Of a stretch of DNA of 64,000 nt, positions 48,866-58,064 are shown piece after piece. Under the pieces are notes generated by a model. That model had not been told where the DNA came from and ran no database searches. It was given only the letters and a program-made list of their open reading frames with translations. The position numbers and the translations under genes were made by a program. Origin of the DNA: an uncultured Chthonomonadaceae bacterium (GTDB taxonomy: Bacteria; Armatimonadota; Chthonomonadetes; Chthonomonadales; Chthonomonadaceae); assembly GCA_963817895.1 (NCBI GenBank), contig CAWFQB010000011.1, positions 192,001 through 256,000 on the forward strand, given 5' to 3'. The first letter of the stretch is position 1, and each line of letters starts with the position of its first letter.

Positions 48866-49111
48866 CTACTTCATTTTGTATTTCTGGAGGAACTTCTCGA
48901 CGCGGCCTTCGGTGTCCATGATCTTCTGCTTGCCCGTGTAAAACGGGTGGGAGGCGGAAGAGATTTCAATGGTAATCAGCGGGTACTCGTTGCCGTCTTC
49001 CCACTTGATTTTGCGGTCGGTTTTGATGGTGGAGCGGGTCAAAAACGAATAGTTTACGGACGTGTCCTGAATGACAACGGGCCGATATTCGGGATGAATG
49101 TCTTTTTTCAC
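48866..49111 (-). CDS. rpmE2: 50S ribosomal protein L31 type B (zinc-free paralog)
   Basis: GTG start after [32 protein letters not shown] and GRVEKF, with no Cys zinc ligands. Confidence 0.93.
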   Translation of the reverse strand: MKKDIHPEYRPVVIQDTSVNYSFLTRSTIKTDRKIKWEDGNEYPLITIEISSASHPFYTGKQKIMDTEGRVEKFLQKYKMK

Positions 49112-49186
49112 TGGGCTTTCCTTTCGGGTATCTGTCAACACTCTATTATAGCCTGATTACGCATGGAAAATCAAGGTAATAAAGGG

Positions 49187-50298
49187 TCAAATAATGCGGA
49201 GTTCCTGCGCGGCGTCAGCGTTCAGGGAGCGACCGCCCTCCGCTGTGACCGTGACGATGTTTTCGATGCGGACGCCGAAACGTCCTTCCAGATAGATTCC
49301 CGGCTCAATCGAAAAGCACATTCCCGGCTGCAAGGGAGTGGAAACGCCCGTGTTGATGTCCGGCGGCTCATGTCCCGACAGGCCAATGCCGTGTCCCGTT
49401 CGATGCACGAAATACTCGCCATAGCCTGCCTGTTCGATAATGTTGCGAGCCGCTGCGTCTACTGCTTCGCACGTTTCGCCCGGTTTGACGGCGTTCCGCG
49501 CCGCCCAATGCGCTTGATTGACAATCTCGTACACGCGCTTCGCGTCGGGATCGGAGGGTTCGCCGAACGCGACGGTTCGCGTAATATCGGAGCAGTAGTT
49601 GTGCCACGTACAGCCGATGTCAATAATCACCATGTCGCCTCTATGCAATTGTGTCGCGCCGCTGTCATGGTGGGGACGGCTGGTGTTCGCGCCAAAACAG
49701 ATCAGGGGCGAAAAAGAGGGCGTGGACTGATGCTTCTTGATAGCCGGCCAGAACCACGTCTGCCAGTTCCGCTTCCGTCATGCCTTCGCGCAGTTGCCTA
49801 ACGGTTTCCTCAAAAATGGTGTCAATCAGAATGGCGGCGGATTCCAGATTCGCCAGTTCCGCATCGGTTTTCATGCCGCGCAGAACGGCGAACGTACTCC
49901 CGCCCGTCCGGCAGCGGAACGTGGGGAACAGGTTTTGCAGACCGAGCAGGTGCGCGGCCTGCATCTCGTCGTCCACGAGGACAATCGCATCATCAGGCAA
50001 TTGGTACGATTCGATGAGTTCGCGAACGGCAGGCTGCCATCCGGTCGCGTCCGTCCAGCCGCGCACATCGGTAATGCCTGCCGGATTATTGGCGCGTACC
50101 CTGCGCGTTGAGCGATGGCACGACAAACGCGGGTTCGCCCTGCGCTGGCACAAACAGGGACAGCAGCCGCTCATGCCCGCCCTCCACATACCCGCTCAAA
50201 TACCGCATCTGGTTGGTAAAGGACAGCGCGGCCAAACTCGCGTCCTGTTCCCGCATCACCTCTTGCAGCCGCGCAATTCGCCCCGCATAATCGTTCAT
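49187..50298 (-). CDS. M24 family Xaa-Pro peptidase, frameshifted
   Basis: Creatinase-like N-terminus, then DIGC...YCSDITRT, HRTGHGIGL, HEPP, FSIEPGIY and GVRIEN. Confidence 0.9.
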
Positions 50299-50343
50299 CC
50301 GTAGAACTCTCCTCAACTTGCAATCTGACGCCAAAACAACCCC

Positions 50344-50469
50344 GTAGGGACACAACTTGTTGTGTCCTCTTCCGTCAACGTGTCCTCTTCCGTAAGCACG
50401 GACACGCCGCACGTATATGCGACCGATGCGGACACGCCACCGATGCGGACACAACAGTTGTGTCCCTAC
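50344..50469. repeat. GTAG-type REP doublet with internal GGACAC sub-repeats
   Basis: GTAGGGACACAACTTGTTGTGTCC ... GGACACAACAGTTGTGTCCCTAC. The right end supplies the cysS stop codon. Confidence 0.85.
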
Positions 50470-51857
50470 AAGCCTCTCTTTTTCACCGTTGTACCCTGCG
50501 GGCCGTCGCCCACTTCAAAGCCCATGCCGATCAACTGGTTGCGCAGGGCGTCGGATTCAGCCCAATTCTTGCCTTTGCGGGCATCGTTGCGGGCTTCGAT
50601 GAGCGATAGAACCTCTTCGGAAAGCGGTTCCTCTTCCGGGCAGGAGCGTTTCGCTATGTCCAGTCCGAGGATGCTGTCGAACTCTATCCAAAGGCGGTGA
50701 CTGCCGTGCGAATTGAGCAGCCCGACGGCCTGCGGAACGCTCAGGTCGTCGTTGAACGCTTCCAGTACACGCGCTTTTGCTGCTTGAAACGCGATCTCAT
50801 CGTCCTTAAACGGGTCGTTGTCCGGGCAAAGGCTGTACACGCGGCGCAATCCCGTTGACGCGGCTTCCAATGCTTCCGTCGAGAAGTTCAGTTCCGAGCG
50901 ATAATGCGCCTGTAGGCAGAAGTAGCGGTACGCGATGGGATCGAAGCCCCTGTCTATCAAGTCCTGTATGGTGCTTGGCGGGCGCTCTTCGGGCGGCAGT
51001 TTCATCAGTTCCGACTTGGACAGTTTGCCGCCGCTCATCAGCAGAAACTCGCTGTGCAGCCAGTAGCGAACGAACGGATGATGCGTGGCGCACTCCGACT
51101 GCGCGATTTCATTGGTGTGATGCACGGGAATGTGATCCACGCCGCCGCAGTGAATGTCGAACGTTTCCCCTAAATACTTCATGGACATGGCGGAACATTC
51201 GATGTGCCAGCCGGGATAGCCCGGACCCCATGGGCTTGCCCACTGCATGGCGTGATTGGGCTTATTCAAAAACCACAGCATGAAGTCGGACGGGTTGCGC
51301 TTGGTTTCGTCCTCAATCACTTCGCTGCGCGTGGTCTGCTGATTGGTTAGTTGCAGCCGCGCGAACTTGCCGTAATCGGGAAACTTCGCCGTATCGAAAT
51401 ACACGCCCTCGGTCGTCTGATAGGTATAGCCGTTCGCTTCCAGACGCTCTATCAGGGCGATCATTTCCACAATATGTTCCGTAGCGCGGGGCGCCACTTC
51501 GGGACGTTGAATGTTAAGGCGTTCCGTATCGCGGAAAAACGCTTCCTCGTAGGTGCGGGCAATGTCGTAGGGCGAGCGGTTTTCGCGTTCCGCCGCCACC
51601 TGCATTTTGTCCTCGCCCGCGTCCGCGTCCGTCGTCATGTGGCCCACGTCCGTAATGTTCATGACGTGTTCCACCTGGTAGCCGTTGAACGTCAGGACGC
51701 GGCGCAGCACATCCTCAAAGATGTAGGTGCGCAGGTTGCCGATATGCGCGAAGTTGTAGACCGTCGGGCCGCAACAATACATACGCGCCTTGCCCGATTC
51801 CAGCGGAACAAAATCCTGCTTGCCGCGCGTCATTGTGTTGAACAGTTTGATGGTCAT
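50466..51857 (-). CDS. cysS: Cysteine--tRNA ligase
   Basis: Motifs YCCGPTVY, HIGN, MNITDV, PGWHIECSAM, DIHCGGVD, HHTNE and KLSKS. Confidence 0.97.
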   Translation of the reverse strand: MTIKLFNTMTRGKQDFVPLESGKARMYCCGPTVYNFAHIGNLRTYIFEDVLRRVLTFNGYQVEHVMNITDVGHMTTDADAGEDKMQVAAERENRSPYDIARTYEEAFFRDTERLNIQRPEVAPRATEHIVEMIALIERLEANGYTYQTTEGVYFDTAKFPDYGKFARLQLTNQQTTRSEVIEDETKRNPSDFMLWFLNKPNHAMQWASPWGPGYPGWHIECSAMSMKYLGETFDIHCGGVDHIPVHHTNEIAQSECATHHPFVRYWLHSEFLLMSGGKLSKSELMKLPPEERPPSTIQDLIDRGFDPIAYRYFCLQAHYRSELNFSTEALEAASTGLRRVYSLCPDNDPFKDDEIAFQAAKARVLEAFNDDLSVPQAVGLLNSHGSHRLWIEFDSILGLDIAKRSCPEEEPLSEEVLSLIEARNDARKGKNWAESDALRNQLIGMGFEVGDGPQGTTVKKRGL

Positions 51858-51967
51858 AGCGAATACATCTCCTCGGTTTCAAGTGTTTCATTATACCAGA
51901 CATGGCTCTGTTGCGAACTTTCTATAATTCTGTCGCGTAGAAGAATTTAGTTAAGGTGTGTGAACAA

Positions 51968-51981
51968 TTAAGTAACCTTAA
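51968..51981. promoter_or_regulatory. Palindromic operator candidate for the MarR regulator of the RND operon
   Basis: TTAAG-TAAC-CTTAA in an AT-rich patch about 115 bp upstream of the efflux operon, with a second half-site TTAAG at 51951. Confidence 0.35.
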
Positions 51982-52097
51982 ACAGTTATAGTCGTCCTAT
52001 CCCATGAGGCGCAGAGCGCAACCCGTGTCGGTTGGCGTTCCTGAGTGATTTCTCGTTTCACACTATTGTGTGACTCTCTTTCCATGACAAGGCTGCC

Positions 52098-54050
52098 ATG
52101 AAGCGTACCCTGAAACTTATTACCATTCTCATTCCTGTTCTGCTGCTCGGCGGGCTGATAGCCTGGCGTATGGGCGCGAAGAAAAAGGAAACCGCGCAGC
52201 GCAATCAGGCTGCCGCCGCCCGTAAGAACGCCCCGTCCAATGTGACGGTCGTACCCGCGACCATTCGCGATATTGTAGATACGTATGAGGCGGTCGGCAA
52301 TGTCGAGTCGCCTTTCAACGTCCGGCTCGCGGCTAAAATCACGGGGCGCGTGGACTATTTGCAGGTTCGCGAAGGCGCGAAGGTCACGCAGGGCGAAGTT
52401 CTCGCGCGGATTGATCCCTCGGAAGTGGCGGCAACCGTTGCGCAGCAGCAGGCCAATGTCGCTGAAGCGCAGGGCAGATTGGCGCAGGCGCAATTGACAA
52501 CGGGTTCCACGAATGTCGGAGTCGCGTCCCAAATCGCGCAGCAGCGGGCGACACAGGCCAGCGCTCAGGCCGATTACAACCAGCAACGGGAAAACTATGC
52601 CGCGCAGGTAGCCGCCGCCAATGCCGCCGTCACTTCGGCGCAGGGCAGCGTTACCAATGTCCGCTCCGCGATCCGCAATGCCGAAGCCACCGTGCGCAGC
52701 GCGCAGGCCAATCTCAACAACGCGCAGGTTCGCCTGAACCGGACGCTGGATTTGTATAAGCAGGGATTTGTGGCCGCGCAGGACGTGGACGACGCGCGAA
52801 CGCAGGTAAGTGTGCAGCAGGGCGCGGTAGATGTGGCGAAAGGTCAGCTTGCCGGGGCGCAGGCGCAGCTTGGCTCGGCGCAAGCCCAATTGCAATCCAC
52901 GCAGGAACAGGCCAGCATTGTCAGCGTAAAGGGCAAGGCCGACATCGAGGCGGCGCGGCAAAAAGTATTACAGGCGCAGGCGGCGGTCACTCTCGCGGTT
53001 GCCAATCGCGCCCAAACTCCCGCGTACCTCGCCAACCTTCGCGCTTTGCAGGCCACTGTGACCGCCGCGCAGGGCCAGCTTCGCAATGCGCAGGCGCAGC
53101 TTGAAAACACGATTTTGCGCTCTCCCCTCAACGGCTATGTCACGATGCGCGGCGCCGATCCCGGCACAACCGTGATGGCGGGAACGCCTGTTCTCACCGT
53201 AGAGTCGTTACAGCAGGTATACGTCACCACGTCCATTCCTGAAGAGATCAGCAACAGCGTCCATCTGGGACAGACAGCCTCGGCGGAGTTCGACGCCATG
53301 CCCGGACGAACCTATACCGGCAAAATCACGCAGGTAAATCCCGCCGCCGACCCGCAAAGCCGGCAATTTACGGTTCGCCTGACGCTCGACAACCCCACCG
53401 GGCAGTTGAAGCCGGGGATGTTCGCCCGCGTCACCTTTGTCACGCGGCGTATCCCCAATGCGCTTCAAATCCCCCGCGAGGCCGTAAAAGCCGATCCTAA
53501 AACTCGTTCGCAGGTAGTCACCGTGGTGGACACGGACGGCGTAGCGCACATTCGTCCCGTTAAAACCGGCATCAGCAGCGGCGCGGATATACAGATTCTG
53601 AATGGCCTGCAAGCCGGTGAACAGGTGTTGACGTTGAGCCTGACTCCTGTGAAAGACGGTCAAAAGGTTGTTTCGACCGTAGCCGATGATAACGGCAATG
53701 GCGGTGGAGGGGGCGCGGCCCAAAAGCGAGCGGGCGGCGGGGCAGGGAGCGCGACAGGTGGAGCCGCAGGGGGCGGAACCGCGAATAGCAGTCAGGGTGG
53801 CGGCGCGGCCCTCACCGGCGGCAACGCGATGGGAGCCAATGGGAGCGCGCGAAGCGGCAATCCGGGCGGAGGGCCAACCACTTCCAGCGGAACTCCGGCG
53901 GAATTGAATGGAACCGGTTCGCTCGGACAAAGCGGCGCGAACGGCGGCTTTGGGGCGGCGGGCGGCGCGACTGCCAATGGCGGGCAGGGCGCGGCAGGCG
54001 GTTTCAGCGGCCCCAACGCAAACGGAGCCGGTTCCACCGGGGCGCGATAA
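52098..54050 (+). CDS. RND efflux periplasmic adaptor (MFP) with a long coiled coil and a Gly-rich C-terminal tail
   Basis: N-terminal TM, lipoyl motifs (KITGRV...VREGAKVTQGEVLARID; ILRSPLNGYV), LKPGMFARV and GLQAGEQV. Confidence 0.92.
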   Translation: MKRTLKLITILIPVLLLGGLIAWRMGAKKKETAQRNQAAAARKNAPSNVTVVPATIRDIVDTYEAVGNVESPFNVRLAAKITGRVDYLQVREGAKVTQGEVLARIDPSEVAATVAQQQANVAEAQGRLAQAQLTTGSTNVGVASQIAQQRATQASAQADYNQQRENYAAQVAAANAAVTSAQGSVTNVRSAIRNAEATVRSAQANLNNAQVRLNRTLDLYKQGFVAAQDVDDARTQVSVQQGAVDVAKGQLAGAQAQLGSAQAQLQSTQEQASIVSVKGKADIEAARQKVLQAQAAVTLAVANRAQTPAYLANLRALQATVTAAQGQLRNAQAQLENTILRSPLNGYVTMRGADPGTTVMAGTPVLTVESLQQVYVTTSIPEEISNSVHLGQTASAEFDAMPGRTYTGKITQVNPAADPQSRQFTVRLTLDNPTGQLKPGMFARVTFVTRRIPNALQIPREAVKADPKTRSQVVTVVDTDGVAHIRPVKTGISSGADIQILNGLQAGEQVLTLSLTPVKDGQKVVSTVADDNGNGGGGGAAQKRAGGGAGSATGGAAGGGTANSSQGGGAALTGGNAMGANGSARSGNPGGGPTTSSGTPAELNGTGSLGQSGANGGFGAAGGATANGGQGAAGGFSGPNANGAGSTGAR

Positions 54051-54085
54051 ATTTTTCACTTGCTTGTTTTTGGTTGGAGTAGAGA

Positions 54086-57000
54086 ATGAATCTCGCAAAA
54101 TTATCTGTAACCCGCCCCGTCGCGGTGACGATGCGTATCGCCGCTTTAGTGCTGCTGGGCTTCGTCTGCTTTTATAAACTGCCCGTTGACCTGCTGCCTG
54201 CCGTGTCGCTGCCTACGGTCGCCGTAATCACGCAATGGCCCAACGTCGCGCCCGAAGAGCTGGAAACGCAGATCACGCGGCCTATCGAGCAGGCCGTCAA
54301 CAGCGCGCCCAACATCTATCAGGTCAGTTCCAGCACCGTGACCGGTGTTTCTACCGTGCGCGTCCAGTTCAACTGGGGAACCGACATTGGGCAGGGCGCG
54401 ATTGACGTGCTGCAACTGGTGGAACGCGCCCGCCAACGCTTCCCCAACGACCCTACGCTGCAAACGCCGATTGTTTACAAGTACGATCCCTCACAACTAC
54501 CGATTATGATTTATGGCGTGTCCGGCGAGGACGACCCGGTTAAACTGCGGACGCTGCTGGACAACACCATTTCGCCTATTATCTCTTCCGCGAACGGAGT
54601 GGCGTCGGCGGTAGCGACAGGCGGCGAGCAACGCGCCCTAATTATTGATGTGGACCCGGACAAACTGCGCGCTTACCACCTGACAATGACGGAGGTATCC
54701 AATCGTATTGTCGCGGAAAACATTGACCTGCCTGCGGGAATCGCCAAAGAAAGCAATACGGAGTACACCATTCGGGCGGAGGGCCAGTTTCTCAACCCGA
54801 ACGACGCTGCCAACATTCCCGTCGGCTCGTTCAACGGGCAGATTGTGTCTCTGAGTCAGGTAGCCCACGTATCGGACAGCCATCAGGAAACGCGCCTGTA
54901 TACGCGCCTGAACGGAACGCCTGCGGCGGGCATGATTATTGTCAAGCAGAGTGGCGCGAATACCGTTTCCACTGCCGAGAACGTGCGCGAAAAACTGAAA
55001 ACGGTTCAGCAGCTCTATCCAAATCTCAAATGGCAACTTGCCTACGAGCAGGCCAGCTTTATTCAGGCGTCCGTAGACGATGTGAAGAACAGCGCGTTAA
55101 TCGGCGGAAGCCTTGCCGTTGTTATCCTGCTGTTTTTCCTGCGCAGTTTCCGCAGCACGATGGTTGTCGCGCTTTCCATTCCGATTTCGATTATCTCCAC
55201 CTTCAGCCTGTTCTATTTCTGCGGCTTTTCGCTGAACACGATTTCCTTGAGCGGTCTGTCGCTGGCGACCGGTCTGATTGTGGATGATGCCGTTGTGGTT
55301 CTGGAAAACATCTTCCGCCATATCGAACGCGATAAACTGCCTCCGGCGGAAGCCGCCGTCACTGGGGCGCAGGAGATAACCTCCGCCGTTTTTGCCTCCA
55401 CAATTACAGTTATGATCGTTTTCCTGCCCCTGTTGCTGCTCAAAGGGCAGTCCGGGCAGTTGTTTACGCAATTCGCGCTCGTGGTGATCTTTTCCATCGC
55501 CATCTCCCTGCTGGACGCCACAACCGTCGTACCCATGCTGGCGTCGCGCTTCATCAAATCCGAAGAGATAGAAGCGGACCATCAGCGGCATGAGCAACAT
55601 AACAAGGGAACAGGAGAAGCGTCACCTACCGCTAACCGCCAAAAACCCAAAACCAACATCATTACGCGCGTTTTCGATTGGTTCGGGGATCGGTTGGACG
55701 CGCTGGACGCTGCGTATCACCGGGGGCTACAATGGGGGCTGCGGAAGCGGCTGTGGGTAATTTTGGGAGCCATCGGCATTTCCGGCGCGAGTTTCCTGCT
55801 CATACCCTACATCGGCACGGAAGTATTGCCGCAAACCGACAGCGGCAACATCAACGTGCTAATTAAATTGCCCGTCGGCACAGCCTTGAGCGTGACGGAC
55901 GCGACCATGAAGCAGGTGGAAGACACGCTGCTGAAAAACAAGAATGTGGAAACCGTGTTTGCCGTTGCCGGTTCTACCCTGAGCCTGCGCGGAACCTCTA
56001 CCGCGCTGACCGGCTATTATGGCGCGGCGACCGTGCGCTTGAAAGAGGATCGCAAGCAGACCACGCAGCAGGTGATTACGGATGTGCAAAAGAAGCTGGC
56101 GAAACTGCCCGGCGCGAGAGCCATTGTCACGCCTTACGATCTGGTCACGCAGATTTTGACGGGCGGGGCGCAGAATATGGAAGTGGATATTTATGGCGAC
56201 GACCTGACGCAGCTATCCGCCCTGTCGCGAAGCATACTGGCGCAGGCGCGGCAGATTCCCGGCTTTGAAAGCGCGGACCTGAACGTGCAGGAATCCACGC
56301 CGGAATTGCGCTGGAAAGTGGACCGGCAAAAGATGCTTCAGCTGGGCGTGTCCTTTTCCGACATCTCCTCCGCGCTGAATACGGCCACCAACGGCACACT
56401 GTCGAGTTACTATCAGGAAAACGGGTTCCAGTATCCGATTTACGTGCAGGTTCCGGTTAATCAGCGCAAATCCATTGAGGAACTGCTGCGCCTGCCCATC
56501 ACGCCTACCGCAAAGACCGGAAGCGCGACAAGCGGCGCGGTCAGCAATGCCACCATTGAACTGCGGCAGGTCGCCGAACCGATTTACGGTTTTGGCCCGA
56601 ACGAAATCACGCGGCAAAACAATCAGCGCTATATCGCGATTACGGGCGTCGTGCAGGGACGTCCCCAAAGCGAAGTTCAGGTAGAATTGACCAACCTGCT
56701 GAACAAAACGCAGTTTCCCACCGGCAACTACTGGACGCTGGGCGTCAATCAGCTGCGTCAGGCGCAGGAGTTTTCCGGGTTGGGCGTCTCCATTCTGCTG
56801 GCGATTGCCCTGATTTACATGCTTCTTGCCGCGCAATTCGAGTCGTTCGTGTACCCGCTGACGATCCTGATGTCGGTTCCATTATGCGCGATTGGCGTTG
56901 TGCTGGCCCTGTTCCTGACGGGCCGCTCGTTCGGTTTGACGGCGTTCATTGGACTGCTGCTGCTCATCGGTATCGTGGTGAAAAACGGTATCCTGCTGGT

Positions 57001-57376
57001 GGACTATACCAACCAACTGCGCAGCAGAGGGCTGGAGCGGGATGAGGCTGTATTGACCGCAAGCCCGACTCGCCTGCGTCCAATTCTGATGACATCCAGC
57101 GCGGCCATTCTGGGCATGGTTCCACTCGCGCTCGCGCTTGGCAAAGGCTCGGAAACACAGGCCCCGCTCGCCACAGCCGTTATTGGTGGCCTGACAACTT
57201 CCACCGTGCTGACGCTGTTCGTAGTTCCGGTCGTGTACACGCTCTTCGACGATTTAGGAAACTTCTTCCAAAAGCGCAAGCAGGACAAAGCTGACGCGAA
57301 GAATGGCGTCTCGGTAACGGCTGCCGTTGAACAGCCTGCTGAAAATAAACCTGAGTCTGCTGACGCGAAAGAGTAG
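54086..57376 (+). CDS. RND efflux permease (AcrB/AcrD/AcrF family)
   Basis: Motifs RPVAV, LPVDLLP, GLIVDDAVVVLENI, GIVVKNGILLVD and RLRPILMT. Confidence 0.95.
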   Translation: MNLAKLSVTRPVAVTMRIAALVLLGFVCFYKLPVDLLPAVSLPTVAVITQWPNVAPEELETQITRPIEQAVNSAPNIYQVSSSTVTGVSTVRVQFNWGTDIGQGAIDVLQLVERARQRFPNDPTLQTPIVYKYDPSQLPIMIYGVSGEDDPVKLRTLLDNTISPIISSANGVASAVATGGEQRALIIDVDPDKLRAYHLTMTEVSNRIVAENIDLPAGIAKESNTEYTIRAEGQFLNPNDAANIPVGSFNGQIVSLSQVAHVSDSHQETRLYTRLNGTPAAGMIIVKQSGANTVSTAENVREKLKTVQQLYPNLKWQLAYEQASFIQASVDDVKNSALIGGSLAVVILLFFLRSFRSTMVVALSIPISIISTFSLFYFCGFSLNTISLSGLSLATGLIVDDAVVVLENIFRHIERDKLPPAEAAVTGAQEITSAVFASTITVMIVFLPLLLLKGQSGQLFTQFALVVIFSIAISLLDATTVVPMLASRFIKSEEIEADHQRHEQHNKGTGEASPTANRQKPKTNIITRVFDWFGDRLDALDAAYHRGLQWGLRKRLWVILGAIGISGASFLLIPYIGTEVLPQTDSGNINVLIKLPVGTALSVTDATMKQVEDTLLKNKNVETVFAVAGSTLSLRGTSTALTGYYGAATVRLKEDRKQTTQQVITDVQKKLAKLPGARAIVTPYDLVTQILTGGAQNMEVDIYGDDLTQLSALSRSILAQARQIPGFESADLNVQESTPELRWKVDRQKMLQLGVSFSDISSALNTATNGTLSSYYQENGFQYPIYVQVPVNQRKSIEELLRLPITPTAKTGSATSGAVSNATIELRQVAEPIYGFGPNEITRQNNQRYIAITGVVQGRPQSEVQVELTNLLNKTQFPTGNYWTLGVNQLRQAQEFSGLGVSILLAIALIYMLLAAQFESFVYPLTILMSVPLCAIGVVLALFLTGRSFGLTAFIGLLLLIGIVVKNGILLVDYTNQLRSRGLERDEAVLTASPTRLRPILMTSSAAILGMVPLALALGKGSETQAPLATAVIGGLTTSTVLTLFVVPVVYTLFDDLGNFFQKRKQDKADAKNGVSVTAAVEQPAENKPESADAKE

Positions 57377-57422
57377 GTTCGGCCTGTTACATGCCGGATG
57401 CGTGGAATTCACCTGTAGTCCT

Positions 57423-57977
57423 ATGAACGATGAAGAGCGTGACAATGAAGAGAGTGTGCAGGCGCACGCGGAGCAGTTGGAAACGCTACTGCCACGACTG
57501 ATGCGCCGCCTGTTTTCGCTGCAACCCGACCATCCCGCGACGGAACTGCCGGTCGCGCAATTGCGCGTATGCACCATTCTACAGGCCGGCCCGCGCACCC
57601 TGTCCGCTATCGGGGACGAACTCGGAATCTCGGTCAGCGCAACCACGCAAATTGCCGACCGTTTGGAAAAAGTCGCCCTTGTAGAGCGCATCTCCGGGCA
57701 GGATGATCGCCGCACTAAAAAACTGCAATTGTCCGCGCATGGACGCGAGATGATGCAATCGCGGCGCAAAGTACGCATCCTGCGCGTCGCCGCCGTTCTG
57801 GAACACTTGCCTGCCGCGCAGCGCGAATCCGTGCTGGAAGCGGTCCATGACTTGCTTGCCGCTGCCGATGCCGTGTCGCCGCCGATGCCGCAGAAGACCC
57901 CATTGGGATTCGGCAGGAACAATAGGGAAGGGAGTAGGGAGTGGGGAGTGGGGAATAGGGGTAAGTTCTTCTGTTGA
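57423..57977 (+). CDS. MarR family transcriptional regulator
   Basis: QLRV...LSAIGDELGISVSATTQIADRLEKVALVER...DDRR...LSAHG. Confidence 0.88.
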   Translation: MNDEERDNEESVQAHAEQLETLLPRLMRRLFSLQPDHPATELPVAQLRVCTILQAGPRTLSAIGDELGISVSATTQIADRLEKVALVERISGQDDRRTKKLQLSAHGREMMQSRRKVRILRVAAVLEHLPAAQRESVLEAVHDLLAAADAVSPPMPQKTPLGFGRNNREGSREWGVGNRGKFFC

Positions 57978-58048
57978 TAGACTGAAGCATTCAGAAGCCA
58001 ACATTTAGAAAAAATACTCTACTCCCTACTCCCCACTCCCTACTCCCT
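57929..58048. repeat. Inverted pair of 7-bp-unit arrays (GGGAGTA/G)n / (T/CACTCCC)n
   Basis: AGGGAGTAGGGAGTGGGGAGTGGGGAATAG ... CTACTCCCTACTCCCCACTCCCTACTCCCT. The left arm lies within the marR 3' end. Confidence 0.85.
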
Positions 58049-58064
58049 GAATGAAGGAGACTCT

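Noticed and set aside
51985..52060. Possible riboswitch in the RND operon leader
   Set aside because: Some pairing potential exists, but I recognise no match to a riboswitch consensus. An Rfam scan would be needed.
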